Shown piece after piece: positions 51,301 to 60,725 of a stretch of DNA of 64,000 nucleotides. The position numbers and the translations under genes are program-made. The notes beneath the pieces were generated by a model. It worked only from the letters and a program-made list of their open reading frames with translations, had not been told where the DNA came from and did not search any database. The stretch covers positions 62,001 to 126,000 of the forward strand of contig JAXLNO010003642.1 of NCBI GenBank assembly GCA_038087875.1, given 5' to 3'. The stretch comes from Malacoraja senta. Taxonomy: Eukaryota. The number at the start of each line of letters is the position of its first letter. Within the stretch, counting starts at the first letter, position 1.

Positions 51301-54300
51301 AATAAACCTCCTGGACTGAGATAACAGCCTCAACACACTCTTAACTAAGCTGTGCATTTAGATTTTAGACTTTAGAGATATGGTGCAGATACAGGCCCCT
51401 CAGCTCACTGAGTCCTCGATGAACAGTGATCATCCCGTACATTTACACTAACCAACACACTGGGGACAATTTACAATTTTACCTAAGCCAAGTAACCTTC
51501 AAGCCTGTATGCCTTTGGAGTGTGGGAGGAAACCGGAGCACCCGGAGAAAACCCACGCAGTCACAGGGAGAACATACAATGTCCTTGCAGACAGCACCTG
51601 TAGTCAGGATCAAACCCAGGTCTCTGGTGCAGTAAGGCAGCAGCTCTACCGCTACGCCACTGTGCCACCCATCATTAATTTGTGGTTATCTAATTGCCCA
51701 GAATTATTGATAGTCAATGGAATGTGGTTTAATTTAAGAGATACAGCGCAGAAACCGGCCCTTTGGCCCACGAGTCTGCGTCAACCAGCGATCCCTGCAC
51801 ACTTACATTATCTTACTTATTAGGGGACAATTTACAATTATACCAAGCCAATTAACCTACAAACCTGTATGTCTTTGGACTGAGGGAGGAAACCGGAGAT
51901 CCAGGCAAAACCCACGCAGGTCCGGGGGAGAAGGTACAAAACTCTGTACAGATGGGACCCGTAGTTAGAATTGAACCGGGTCTCTGGCGCTGTAAGGCAG
52001 CAGTTCCACTAAGTGGGCAAAGCAGAGCCAAATGGAATACAGTGTAGCAAGTGTCTGGTTTTACATTTTGGCAGTCGGAATAAAGACCTAGACTATTTAC
52101 TAAATGGGGAGAGAATTCAGAAATCTGAGCTACAAAGTGGGAGTAGTAGTGCAGGATTCCCAAATAGTTCATTTGCAGATTGAGTCAGTGGTAAGTAAGG
52201 CAAATGCAATGCCAGCATTCATTTCGGGGGGACTAGAATATAAAAACAATGATATAATGCTGAGTATTTATCGGGCACTGGTGAAGACACATTTGGAATA
52301 TTGTGAGCAGTTTTGGGCTCCATATTAGAAAGGATGTGCTGGCTTTGGAGAGGGTCCAGAGGAAGTATGTCCTGGGGATGATTGATTTAACGTATGAGGA
52401 ACGTTTGAAGTCTCTGGGCTTCTACTCGTGGGAATTTAGAAGGATGAGGGGAAAATCTCTGAAACCTACCAGTTAATGAAAGTCCCAGTTAGTGGATGTG
52501 GATAGGATGTTTTCAGTAATGGGAGAGTCTAGCACAGCCTCACAATAAAAATACGTACTTTCAAAATGGAGATGAGGAGGAATTTCTTTAGTCACAGGGT
52601 GGTGAATCTGTGGAATTCATTGATACAGACAGCTGTGTGGGTCAAGTCATTGCATATTTTAAAGCAGAGAATGATAGGTTCTTGATTAGTACGGGTGCCA
52701 AAAGTTACAGGGAGAATGCTGGAGAATGGGATTCAGAGGTAAAAATAGATCTGCCATGACTGAATGGTGGAGTAGACTCAATGGACTGAAAGGCCAACTT
52801 CTGCTCCAATGGTAAAAATTATTCTTATGTCACCCTTAACTCACACATCCAAATGTAGGAAGCAAGATAGGCTGATCCTGGCCAAGGTCTCTTATCTTAT
52901 TTCTTGGGCATCTAGCTAATTTTTTAATAGTAGTTAGTTGCACAAAAGGCCAATAGTGGTGCCACATCCAACCCCATTATCAGGCTGAAGTAGCAGCACC
53001 TGTTCTGTAGCTGAATTATTTGTTCCAGTCAAGACCTCTGCAAATATCTTCACACCAGGGCCAAGCTGAAATGGTTAAAATTGCTGGTCAGTACAAATAG
53101 ACAGTAGTGTTAATGTCTGAGTGTGCGTGTGTGTGTGTGTGCGCTCATGCGTGTGAGACAGAGAGAGGGGGAGGGGGAGGGAGAGAAAGAGAGTGTGTGT
53201 GTGTGAGAATATCAAACTCTCAGATATTGAAATATCAGCAAAGTTTAAAACCTTTGAAGTTTTATCAACTATAAATGGGTTCACTTTTATTTGCTAAAAT
53301 AACAATGGTCAAGATAAGAAAATAGCCTTGTTGACCTCTACACTGCAAATAGACCAGCAGGGGGCGCTGACCTGTGTGCGGCTACCCAGCCAGCAGCTGT
53401 CTGTCCTTTCACCTTTATTTTTTTTATTTTAGTCAGTAAAGTGTTTTGTTTTGGAGGTCTAGACTTTTTTGTGTGGGGGGGGGGGAGGGGGAAACTACCT
53501 TTCAGGGTCCCTACCTGGCTGGAGAGGCAGCTTTTCTCCGGGCTGCAGCTTCGACCCGTCCTCGCGGCCTACCAGCGGGCCTGGAGCGGCGTTTCCTGTC
53601 GGGGACCGCCCAGAGCCTCGGCTTCGGCACAGCGCTGGAGCGCTATCGCGGAGCGGGCGGTGCCTTGCCCGGGTCGCCGCGCTGGAGCTCCGGTGTGCTG
53701 AGGATCGCTGGAGAAAACATCGCGGAGCTGCGGGACTGTGGAGCGACCAGCTGAACTTTACACCGGGAGCCTGGGATCTCTAGATGAGAGCGCCAGTTGT
53801 GGAGCTCCAACCGGCGCGGCCTTGTTGGCTTCGGAAGCCGCGGCCCCCAGTGCGGAAGCGGCCGTTCCAGGGTTCCGAGGCCGCTGGGAGGACTCTCCCG
53901 ACGCTGGAGCAACATCACCCGGCGAGAACGGCCTGGAACATCGGGCCTCCGTAGAGGCAACTGTGGAGGCCTCAATGGGCCCGACTATGGGTGAACTGGG
54001 GTTGGGGACTGGACTTTGTGCCTTCCCTCATGGTGGGACCCATTGTGGGGGGGTGTTCAGTGTTAAGACTATCTTGGTGTTGTGTCTGTATTCTCTCTCT
54101 TTTTTGTGTGCTGCATAATGGCAAAAAGCATTTCACTTCACTACACCCGGGTGTATGTGAATGTGACAAATAAAATATCTTGAATCTTGAATCTTTATTT
54201 ATGACATATGTTTGATTCTTTAAATTCATAATTAAATGCTGCAGATAAAATCTCAACGCTAATATGAACTTCAAAGATTTTTCATTGATCTATTTAAACA

Positions 54301-54672
54301 TCCATCGTCTGGACAATTACATAAATCTAAGACTTTGTTACTTTTTATTTAGATGTGAACAATGCTAGTTTAATGTAGATAATAAAATCATTTCAAAGTC
54401 ATAATTGATCAATAAATGTTTAAAATGAACTATATATGCCAACAGAGATGGCAGCGAAAGAAGATATAAAGATTAGGATCGTGACTGGAGCTGTAATCGT
54501 TCCTCTCTTTCTCCTGGGGATCATCCTTGGAATTGGTTGCTGGAAGAAGAGGAAAAAGATAAAACCTTTCAATGAACAGGGACCAGCTGACAACAGCAGA
54601 GACCAGGAGACGACTGCAGTGACCATGAAGCACAATCAACTTCCATTGGGATGCAGAGGTCTACCGGAATGA
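39330..54672 (+). CDS. Non-classical MHC class I heavy chain gene, 5 coding exons, 362 aa
   Basis: Exons 39330-39381, 47506-47766, 49514-49789, 50992-51264 and 54446-54672 are all GT-AG and phase 1. They sum to 1089 nt in one open frame: leader, alpha1, alpha2, alpha3 (C1-set Ig), TM plus cytoplasmic tail. Lineage not assignable without a search. Confidence 0.93.
39685..39712 (+). ncRNA. Minimal hammerhead core with a G-U closing pair in stem II
   Basis: CTGAAGAAGGGTCTCGACCTGAAACGTC. Confidence 0.4.
40412..43281 (-). mobile_element. CR1 LINE, 5-prime truncated ORF2 (APE endonuclease and RT), antisense in MHC intron 1
   Basis: ORF 42336-43286 (VGDFNFP, SSDH) and an uninterrupted 508-aa RT/C-terminal ORF 40527-42053; ATATGGTT-type tail; frameshifts between the domains. 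Confidence 0.95.
44414..44441 (+). ncRNA. Minimal type I hammerhead ribozyme core (Penelope-derived)
   Basis: CUGAAGA-A-GGGUC/UC/GACCC-GAAA-C-GUC; palindromic ACGU stem III; only 2 bp of stem I. Confidence 0.5.
44880..46405 (-). mobile_element. Tc1/mariner element, decayed, in MHC intron 1
   Basis: TVRRRL, ARLQFAK, WTDDTK, VKHGGG, WPRPSPDLNATEH and C-terminal GYATKY. Long IR with CCATAATGTTTGGGACA repeats; right IR truncated. Confidence 0.9.
46998..47312 (+). mobile_element. HE1-type SINE, full length, just upstream of the alpha1 exon
   Basis: tRNA head, body and CTAAACTAAA tail. Confidence 0.8.
47506..47766 (+). CDS. MHC class I exon 2, alpha1 domain
   Basis: Acceptor ttgcag, donor gtaagt, 261 nt. 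DFHHLAFYY..PEYSMVAMLDDLQIAYFDS..RAIPRQRWM..QWD matches the class I alpha1 pattern. Confidence 0.93.
49514..49789 (+). CDS. MHC class I exon 3, alpha2 domain
   Basis: 276 nt, the canonical length. Contains QGFCGCE, GYDGED, RW and DCVKWLRIYLECGQEALQR, with the C101-C164 pair conserved. Confidence 0.95.
49885..50178 (-). mobile_element. HE1-type SINE
   Basis: Same family, antisense in MHC intron 3. Confidence 0.8.
50992..51264 (+). CDS. MHC class I exon 4, alpha3 Ig C1 domain
   Basis: 273 nt with LSCLVTGFYPRAIDVTWLRDG, LLPNWDGTYQ and FSCYIEH; acceptor ttgcag, donor gtaagt. Confidence 0.95.
51362..52005 (-). mobile_element. Two tandem HE1-type SINEs (51362-51670 and 51735-52005)
   Basis: Two heads and two tails, antisense in MHC intron 4. 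Confidence 0.8.
52010..52810 (+). mobile_element. CR1 LINE 3-prime fragment in MHC intron 4
   Basis: IYRALVKTHLEYCEQFWAPY and the downstream CR1 UTR. Confidence 0.85.
53354..53367 (+). promoter_or_regulatory. CTCF-like motif
   Basis: CCAGCAGGGGGCGC matches the CTCF core consensus. Confidence 0.45.
53370..54195 (+). mobile_element. CpG-rich non-autonomous retroelement with LINE-type 3-prime tail, in MHC intron 4
   Basis: Ends GTGACAAATAAAATATCTTGAATCTTGAATCT; its ORFs are antisense/GC artefacts. Confidence 0.55.
54446..54672 (+). CDS. MHC class I exon 5, connecting peptide, TM and cytoplasmic tail to stop
   Basis: Acceptor aacag, phase 1. TM IVTGAVIVPLFLLGIILGIGCW is followed by basic KKRKK; TGA at 54670-54672. 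Confidence 0.85.
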
Positions 54673-55132
54673 TGCCTGGATTAGTGGGGTATTAGCCACA
54701 GGGAGAAGTTGGACACACTGGACAGTTGGATTGTTTTCTCTGGAATGTCGGGGATTGAGGGGAGACCTGACAGTAATATATCAAACTGGGAGGAGTAGAG
54801 ATAGGGTAGACCATCAGACTTTTTACCCAGGAAGGAAATATCAAACAAGAGCAGGTATAGCTTTACAATGAGTGGCAAAGTTTAAAAAAGATGTGCAGGA
54901 CAAGTGTTTTACGCCAAGGGTGGCGAGTGACTGGAATGTGCTGCCGGGGGTGGTGGTGGAAGCAGATATGATAGTGGCATTTAAGAGACTTTTAGATAGG
55001 CACATGTATATGCAGGGTATGGATGGATATGGATTATGTGCAAGCAGGTAACAATTGGTCTTGGCATCATGTTCGGCACAAACATTGTGGGTCAAAGGGC
55101 CTGTTCTTGTGCTGTACTGTTCTATGTTCTAT
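54650..55132 (+). mobile_element. CR1 LINE 3-prime fragment overlapping the MHC stop codon and forming the 3-prime UTR
   Basis: TGCAGAGGTCTACCGGAATGATGCCTGGATTAG matches the CR1 VQRRFTRMxPGL segment (compare 38188-38210); ends in a TTCTATG tail. Confidence 0.75.
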
Positions 55133-55596
55133 GCTCTTTATTGTATCAATGCTGACTGATGGCTTTACATTCAGCCATTAATTTTTCAAGTGCTGTCTTC
55201 ACTGCAGTTAAAGGTCTGTCTCACGAATCTGCGGTCATTGGCGGCGAAACGGGAAGAATCTGCCGCCATAGACCGCGCACTCGTGAGAAAGAACAATTCC
55301 CGGGCCGTGCGACGGTGTTCCCAACACCGCGCGGTGCAAAAATAAAATCGACAATGTCGAAAACACAATACTCACCGCACAACCTCCACCAGTGATGCAC
55401 GAGTGCGCACGGCCGCTCGCACGGCCCGCCGCCAGTATGGCTCGAGCGCCGTGCGTCAAGCCTCCACTGCCACAGCCTCCGCCAGTGAGGCACGTGCCGC
55501 CGCCAGTGACGCACGTGTGCTGCACGGCCGCTGGCACAGCCACCGCTGCAGCGCCGCGATCTGGACAGCTGCCGCCACAACCCATCAGATTCAAAA

Positions 55597-55604
55597 TGAC
55601 GTCA
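55597..55604 (+). promoter_or_regulatory. Perfect CRE (TGACGTCA) upstream of the Harbinger Myb gene
   Basis: Palindromic TGACGTCA about 125 bp before ATG 55728, in a CpG-rich subterminal region. Confidence 0.4.
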
Positions 55605-55727
55605 TCGCAGTCGGTCCGCCCTTTTTCTTTGCTGTTCACGTCCAAACCACGCGAGATCTGAGACTTCAACAGTGTAGCATTTTTACCGCGTTTTTCAAAC
55701 GGAGTATTTTGACAGTTGACTAGCAAC

Positions 55728-57513
55728 ATGGGGAGAACAAGGAGTGTGAAGAAATCGCTGCAGGATAAAGTACAGTATTCTAGTATGGGTGCTAATAAAA
55801 TTCAGGTGCTGGAGGGTCCAGCCACTGGCCCTGCCCCTGCCCCTGCCCCTGCCCCTGCCCCTGCCCCTGCTTCATTACCTGTCCCATCTCCTGCCCCATC
55901 TCCTGCCTCAGCTGCTTCCACATCTGCTGCCCCATCTGCCTCTCCATCTGCTGGTCCATGTCCTACTCCAGCTTATGTCCCTGGATGGGTGTGGAACAGG
56001 TCTGGCTCACAGCCATATAATTTTTTCCGAGAGCAAGAGGGGGACCTGGTGGAATGGTATCAGTCCCACCATGAGCTGTACGATAAGACCAACCGTGATT
56101 TTAGGAACAGGGGTCTCCGTAACCTCATAATTGGAGAAAAGGCGAAGGAGTTCCCTGACTGCTTTTGTAAGTACATATCTTTCAGTTTATCTACATTTCT
56201 GTGTTTGTAATTGAGGTTCAAATTCATATTATAATTTGCTCAACACTTATCTTCATTTATGCTATCTTTTCACAGATGACCAACTGTGCCAATGGCTAAA
56301 GAGTCAGAGGACACGGTTCGGCAAAATATCACAAGGTCTTGGCAAGTCTGGCTCTGGCAGCAGGAAACTGACTGACAGAGACCAGTGGATATATGACAAA
56401 TGGGGGTTCGTCCGGGACCACATTGTAAGAGTGCACACGAAGGAAAGTTGCAGGAAGGTGAGTAACTCAGAAAATTATGTGACAATAAATATTAGTTGGG
56501 AAGTCAGTACAAAACACTTTTAACAATGATAACTTGTTCACTTTCCCTGCTACGTCCGGATGGTCTTGCACATGTATGATACGCATTCACTTTCTTCTAG
56601 TGTACTGTGGGTGCATCAACGTGCGCGGACTCGAGTGAGGGTGAGCCTGATCCGCTAGAAGGACCTTCACATGGACCATCCGGGTCATGCACTGCGGTAG
56701 AACTGCAGCAGCATGCAAGACGGAAGCGGGTCAGCACAACTGCGTCAGATAGCGAGGTGCCTGTCCAAACTCTGCAACGGGACATGTTCAGGGATGTAAG
56801 TGCTTTTGGATTACCCATCATCAAATCTCTTTCACTCCGCCCTACTTCCACGTTTCTCCATCTCATCCCACAATATAATTATCATGATTGTACTCTCTTG
56901 TTGCAGATCATGGAACAGGCAAAGACAACGTCGGGCATGATCACCTCTTTCTCACAGCCAAGGACGTCCCATGAGAGAGTTGTGCATGCATATGCAATGT
57001 TCCTCAGGGAGGAGATGTTCTTAATCCCTGAGGAAAATTGGCAACGTTATAGCATGGAGGGATTGTCCTTGGCAAGGGCGCACAGACTTCCGCAGCCAGT
57101 AAAATATTTAAATCAAAGTTCATTGAAATTAAAAAAGTTTTAAATTAATGCCGTCTATGATTCATTTACTACTGTTTTCTTTGTGTTGCAGAGTCCGATA
57201 AGGCATATGCCATTAGTGCCACTGCAACAAAGGAGGATGCCACCACAATATCCCCACCAGGTACACTGTGAAACATTTTTGAGTCTTCAGCCTGACTCAT
57301 GATTTTCTCTAACACACAGCTTGTGAAAGTTTGTGATTTGTTTTATATGATTTGTTTGGCACCGATACATATTGATACGCTTATGTGTTTTGCCCACAGG
57401 CAAGGATGGAATACCGTCCTGTGACATACCCCTGGATGGCAGCCCCCCCCCCCACTATGTCAGTGGACACACCCCACCGCAACATAGTTCATCACGTGGC
57501 ATGGATAGTCTAG
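55728..57513 (+). CDS. Harbinger Myb/SANT (MADF-like) DNA-binding protein, spliced
   Basis: Inferred exons 55728-56166, 56276-56457, 56601-56795, 56907-57098, 57192-57260 and 57400-57513. MADF-like DLVEWYQSHHELYDKTNRDFRN..WLKSQRTRFGK; PA-rich N-terminus. The last two exons are less certain. Confidence 0.75.
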
Positions 57514-58036
57514 GGGAAGGCGAATTCCATGTACAATTTGAGGTTCCCGAAGATGGCACAAACTCCAGCACCGATGACGCAGACGTATATAATTAATAAG
57601 AATGACATGTGCCGTAGGAGTGACGTTGCCCCCAAAATTCACTGTTGTGCCTGCTTGTGTGTTGCACATTACCGTTCAATTCACTGTTTTCTCACGACGT
57701 TATTTGTTTGCTTTCACTAATGAACAATGTTCTGTTGAATTGCTTGTTTTTCAATATGTTAATTGTTTCCACTAAATAAACAGTTTAAATTTAATATAGT
57801 ATTGTGGAAAAAAGTGTCTGTTAATCGCGGCGTAGATCTCATATGGAAACAACCTGAAATGATGGAATGCATCTCACATACAAAATCATTGATTTATTAG
57901 AGAAATAAAACACAAACAGGCATAGAATAGCATTGAATTACAAAAAATTTTCATTATAAGCCATGAAAATAATACAATGGCATTTAAGCCCTTTCAAGAT
58001 CAGGCAACTTTAAAATAGGTGATGTAGGTGGTACTA

Positions 58037-59318
58037 TTAACACAGATTCAATAATTTCGCAATGTAAAACCATCCATCAACATACATAGATCGCACTTTT
58101 GTAAGATCTGGGGCCTTCATGATCGGGTACCTCTGCCGTGAAAACACAACCCTGACATCCCCTGTTTGCTTTTGATCCTCAAAACACATTGTCCTGGTGC
58201 GGATCAGGTTATGGAGGACACATGCCGCGTAGACAATGGCCTGCACATTCTCGGGCTCCTGCTCCATTGTTGTAAGCAGGCATCTGAATCTGCTAGCAAG
58301 GATACCAAAAGCATTCTCCACTACCCTCCTAGCCCTGGACAGCCTGTAATTGAAGATCCTTTGCTCCCTTGACACCCCCCCTGTGAGGGTATGGCTTCAT
58401 CATCCATGGCCTGAGTGCAAAGGCATCATCACCAACCAGTGCGTAGGGGATGTCAGGGATGTCAGGGTTGTCTTCTCCAGGCAGAGGTTCTGGATCCGGA
58501 AGGCCTGCTCTCCCTTCTTCCAATGCTTGCCCAAGGGAGGTCTCTCTCCAGATCCCTCCATCTGCGGCACTGCCAGGTGTGCCCACATTCACAAACATGA
58601 AGTTGTAGTTTGCATCTACCACAGCTAACAGCACGATGGAATGGAACTTCTTGTAATTAAAGTACACAGAACCTCCCCCGGGTGGACACCGGATGGCCAC
58701 ATGCTTCCCGTCAACAGCCCCACATGTGTGCAGGAAGTTCCATCTGCTTTGAAAGCCGTGCGCCACACTCCTCCACCCGTCTGGTGTAGTTGGGCAGTCA
58801 ATAAGCTCATCATATGTTTTGTTGATGGCATCACACGTCTCTCGGACTACACCGCTGATGGTGTTGTGAGCCACGCGGAAGTTGTACGACAGGCTCTTGT
58901 AGGAATCCCCTGATGCAAGGTAGCGGAGGGTGATGGCTAGGCGCAGGCCTGGTTCCAGTGACTTCCGCATGACGGTGTCCATTTTCTGCAGTAGAGGTCC
59001 GACTCGTGTCTTGAGCTCCTGAAACAGGTCAGGCGGGATCCTGGTGAAATTTCTAAAGGCAGCATCATCTACCCGCTGCAGATCCGTCATCATGGTCTCA
59101 TACTGGCCCAAAGTAGGTCTCATCAGGAACAAAGGCCTCATCCACACAGACCTCTTCCTGGGCTTCTTCTTCATAACCTTCTTTGTTGAACTGCTGCACG
59201 GATGACCTGCAACCATGATGGCTGCTGCTAAGAGAAGATTATGTTGGTGTAGCAGCAATGCAATGTCAATGTCTTCCATTGTGCAGTAGTTTACAGGTCC
59301 TAATCGAGTTTGCTGCAA
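58037..59318 (-). pseudogene. Harbinger DDE transposase (HARBI1/DDE_Tnp_4-like) with one frameshift
   Basis: [47 protein letters not shown] and CVLHN. The frame breaks at the C-run near 58375-58381. Confidence 0.92.
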
Positions 59319-60490
59319 GATTAAGAGAGAATAAGTGTGAATATTCCAAAAAATTTTACGTGTGGAGAGTTGACAGGTCTTTGTGGGCCAAAGGACCTGT
59401 TCCTGTGTTATACTGTTCTATGTTCATGGTCTCTCTAAGAAAATGGTTCTCAGATTTACAAACTCCATGCAGACAACCACGAGTGACCACTGATTTATTT
59501 TTGTATATACATCATCCTATTGTTATTACTAACTTTGTTATTGCTGGTCTACAATTGTTAGACCCTAACCCCTTTGTAAAATTGACTTTTATAAAACACA
59601 TTTCTATAACACATGTTGTTTTAAGAACAAAAAATAGCCAGCGACTTCTGTTTACCTGAAATAAAGATGGCGTCAGGCTCGAGCTTTCCAGACTCTGCTC
59701 CAAATGGCGTCAGGCCCGAGCTTGACTCCTCTCAAAATGGACGTCCCCCTCCCTCCTTCCCTCCAAATATGCTTATTTCCTTAAGAATGTAAACATGTTC
59801 TACTCAACTGATGAAATAAAGATCTTTTGGGCAATTCTAAAGCTAACTATAAGGCCTGTCTCACGAGTCTGTGGTCATTTATAAAATAGACTTTTATAAA
59901 ACACATTCCTTTACTTTTTGTTTACCTGAAATAAAGATGGCGTCAGGCTCGAGATTTCAAGACTCTGCTCCAAATGGCGTCAGGCTCGAGCTTGAAAAAA
60001 AAATGAACGTTCCCCTCCCTCCGTCCCTCCCGTCAAAGTCCGGGATCGCATGCTCGTTCGACAGGCCGTGCGATGATCACCCGACGTACGTGCAACAAAA
60101 GCTTCTGGTAAATCAACATTTTTTTTAACCTACCGCAAGCACGTGGGACCCGCCCTATTTGATTCACTCGGCCCCCGCGCAGCATCCGCGCGATGCTCCG
60201 GTGGATAGGCTCGACGCTCTCGCCGTTGCCGCGCGGACCTCGCTACCGTCTACACCGCGCTTCACCGCCGATGACCGCAAACAGGTAAGACACGGCCTTT
60301 ACCCTGTGATTCCAAAGTCATACATTGCGCCACATTTTGGAATAAAAGGTCGCCCATTTGATTGATTGATACTTTATTACCATATGTGTCATGTCACAGT
60401 GAAATTCTTTGTTTTGCATGACATACAACGAGTCACCATGTATAGGGTGTCGACACAGTTACAAAGTAATCATTACAGTCCCCAATGGTC

Positions 60491-60725
60491 CCTCTTTGTT
60501 CTCGGCAGCCCCTCCATGTTGGGTTCACCTGTGTTATCAACGGCCCCCCAACCCCGGGACCATCTTTGTTCTCGGCAGCCCCTCCATGTTGGGTTCACCT
60601 GTGTTATCAACGGCCCCCCAACCCCGGGACCATCTTTGTTCTCGGCAGCCACTCCATGTTGGGTTCACCTGTATTATCAGCCCCCCCCCCCCCCACCCCG
60701 AGACCCTCTTTGTTCTCGGCAGTCC
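60491..60725. repeat. 70-bp minisatellite, about 3.3 units
   Basis: TCTTTGTTCTCGGCAG starts at 60493, 60563, 60633 and 60707. Confidence 0.9.

Larger units (their letters stand above)
55211..60299. mobile_element. PIF/Harbinger DNA transposon, near full length, two convergent genes
   Basis: Imperfect ~40-bp TIRs (AAGGTCTGTCTCACGAATCTGCGGTCATTGGCGGCGAA left; TTCACCGCCGATGACCGC...CACGGCCTT right) with TTA/TAA-type flanks; Myb/MADF gene on + and DDE transposase on -. Confidence 0.88.

Noticed and set aside
53441-54118. Multiple overlapping 65-126 aa ORFs (also 35825-36346 and 55221-55729)
   Set aside because: GC-rich repeat or transposon subterminal DNA with low stop density; no domain signal.
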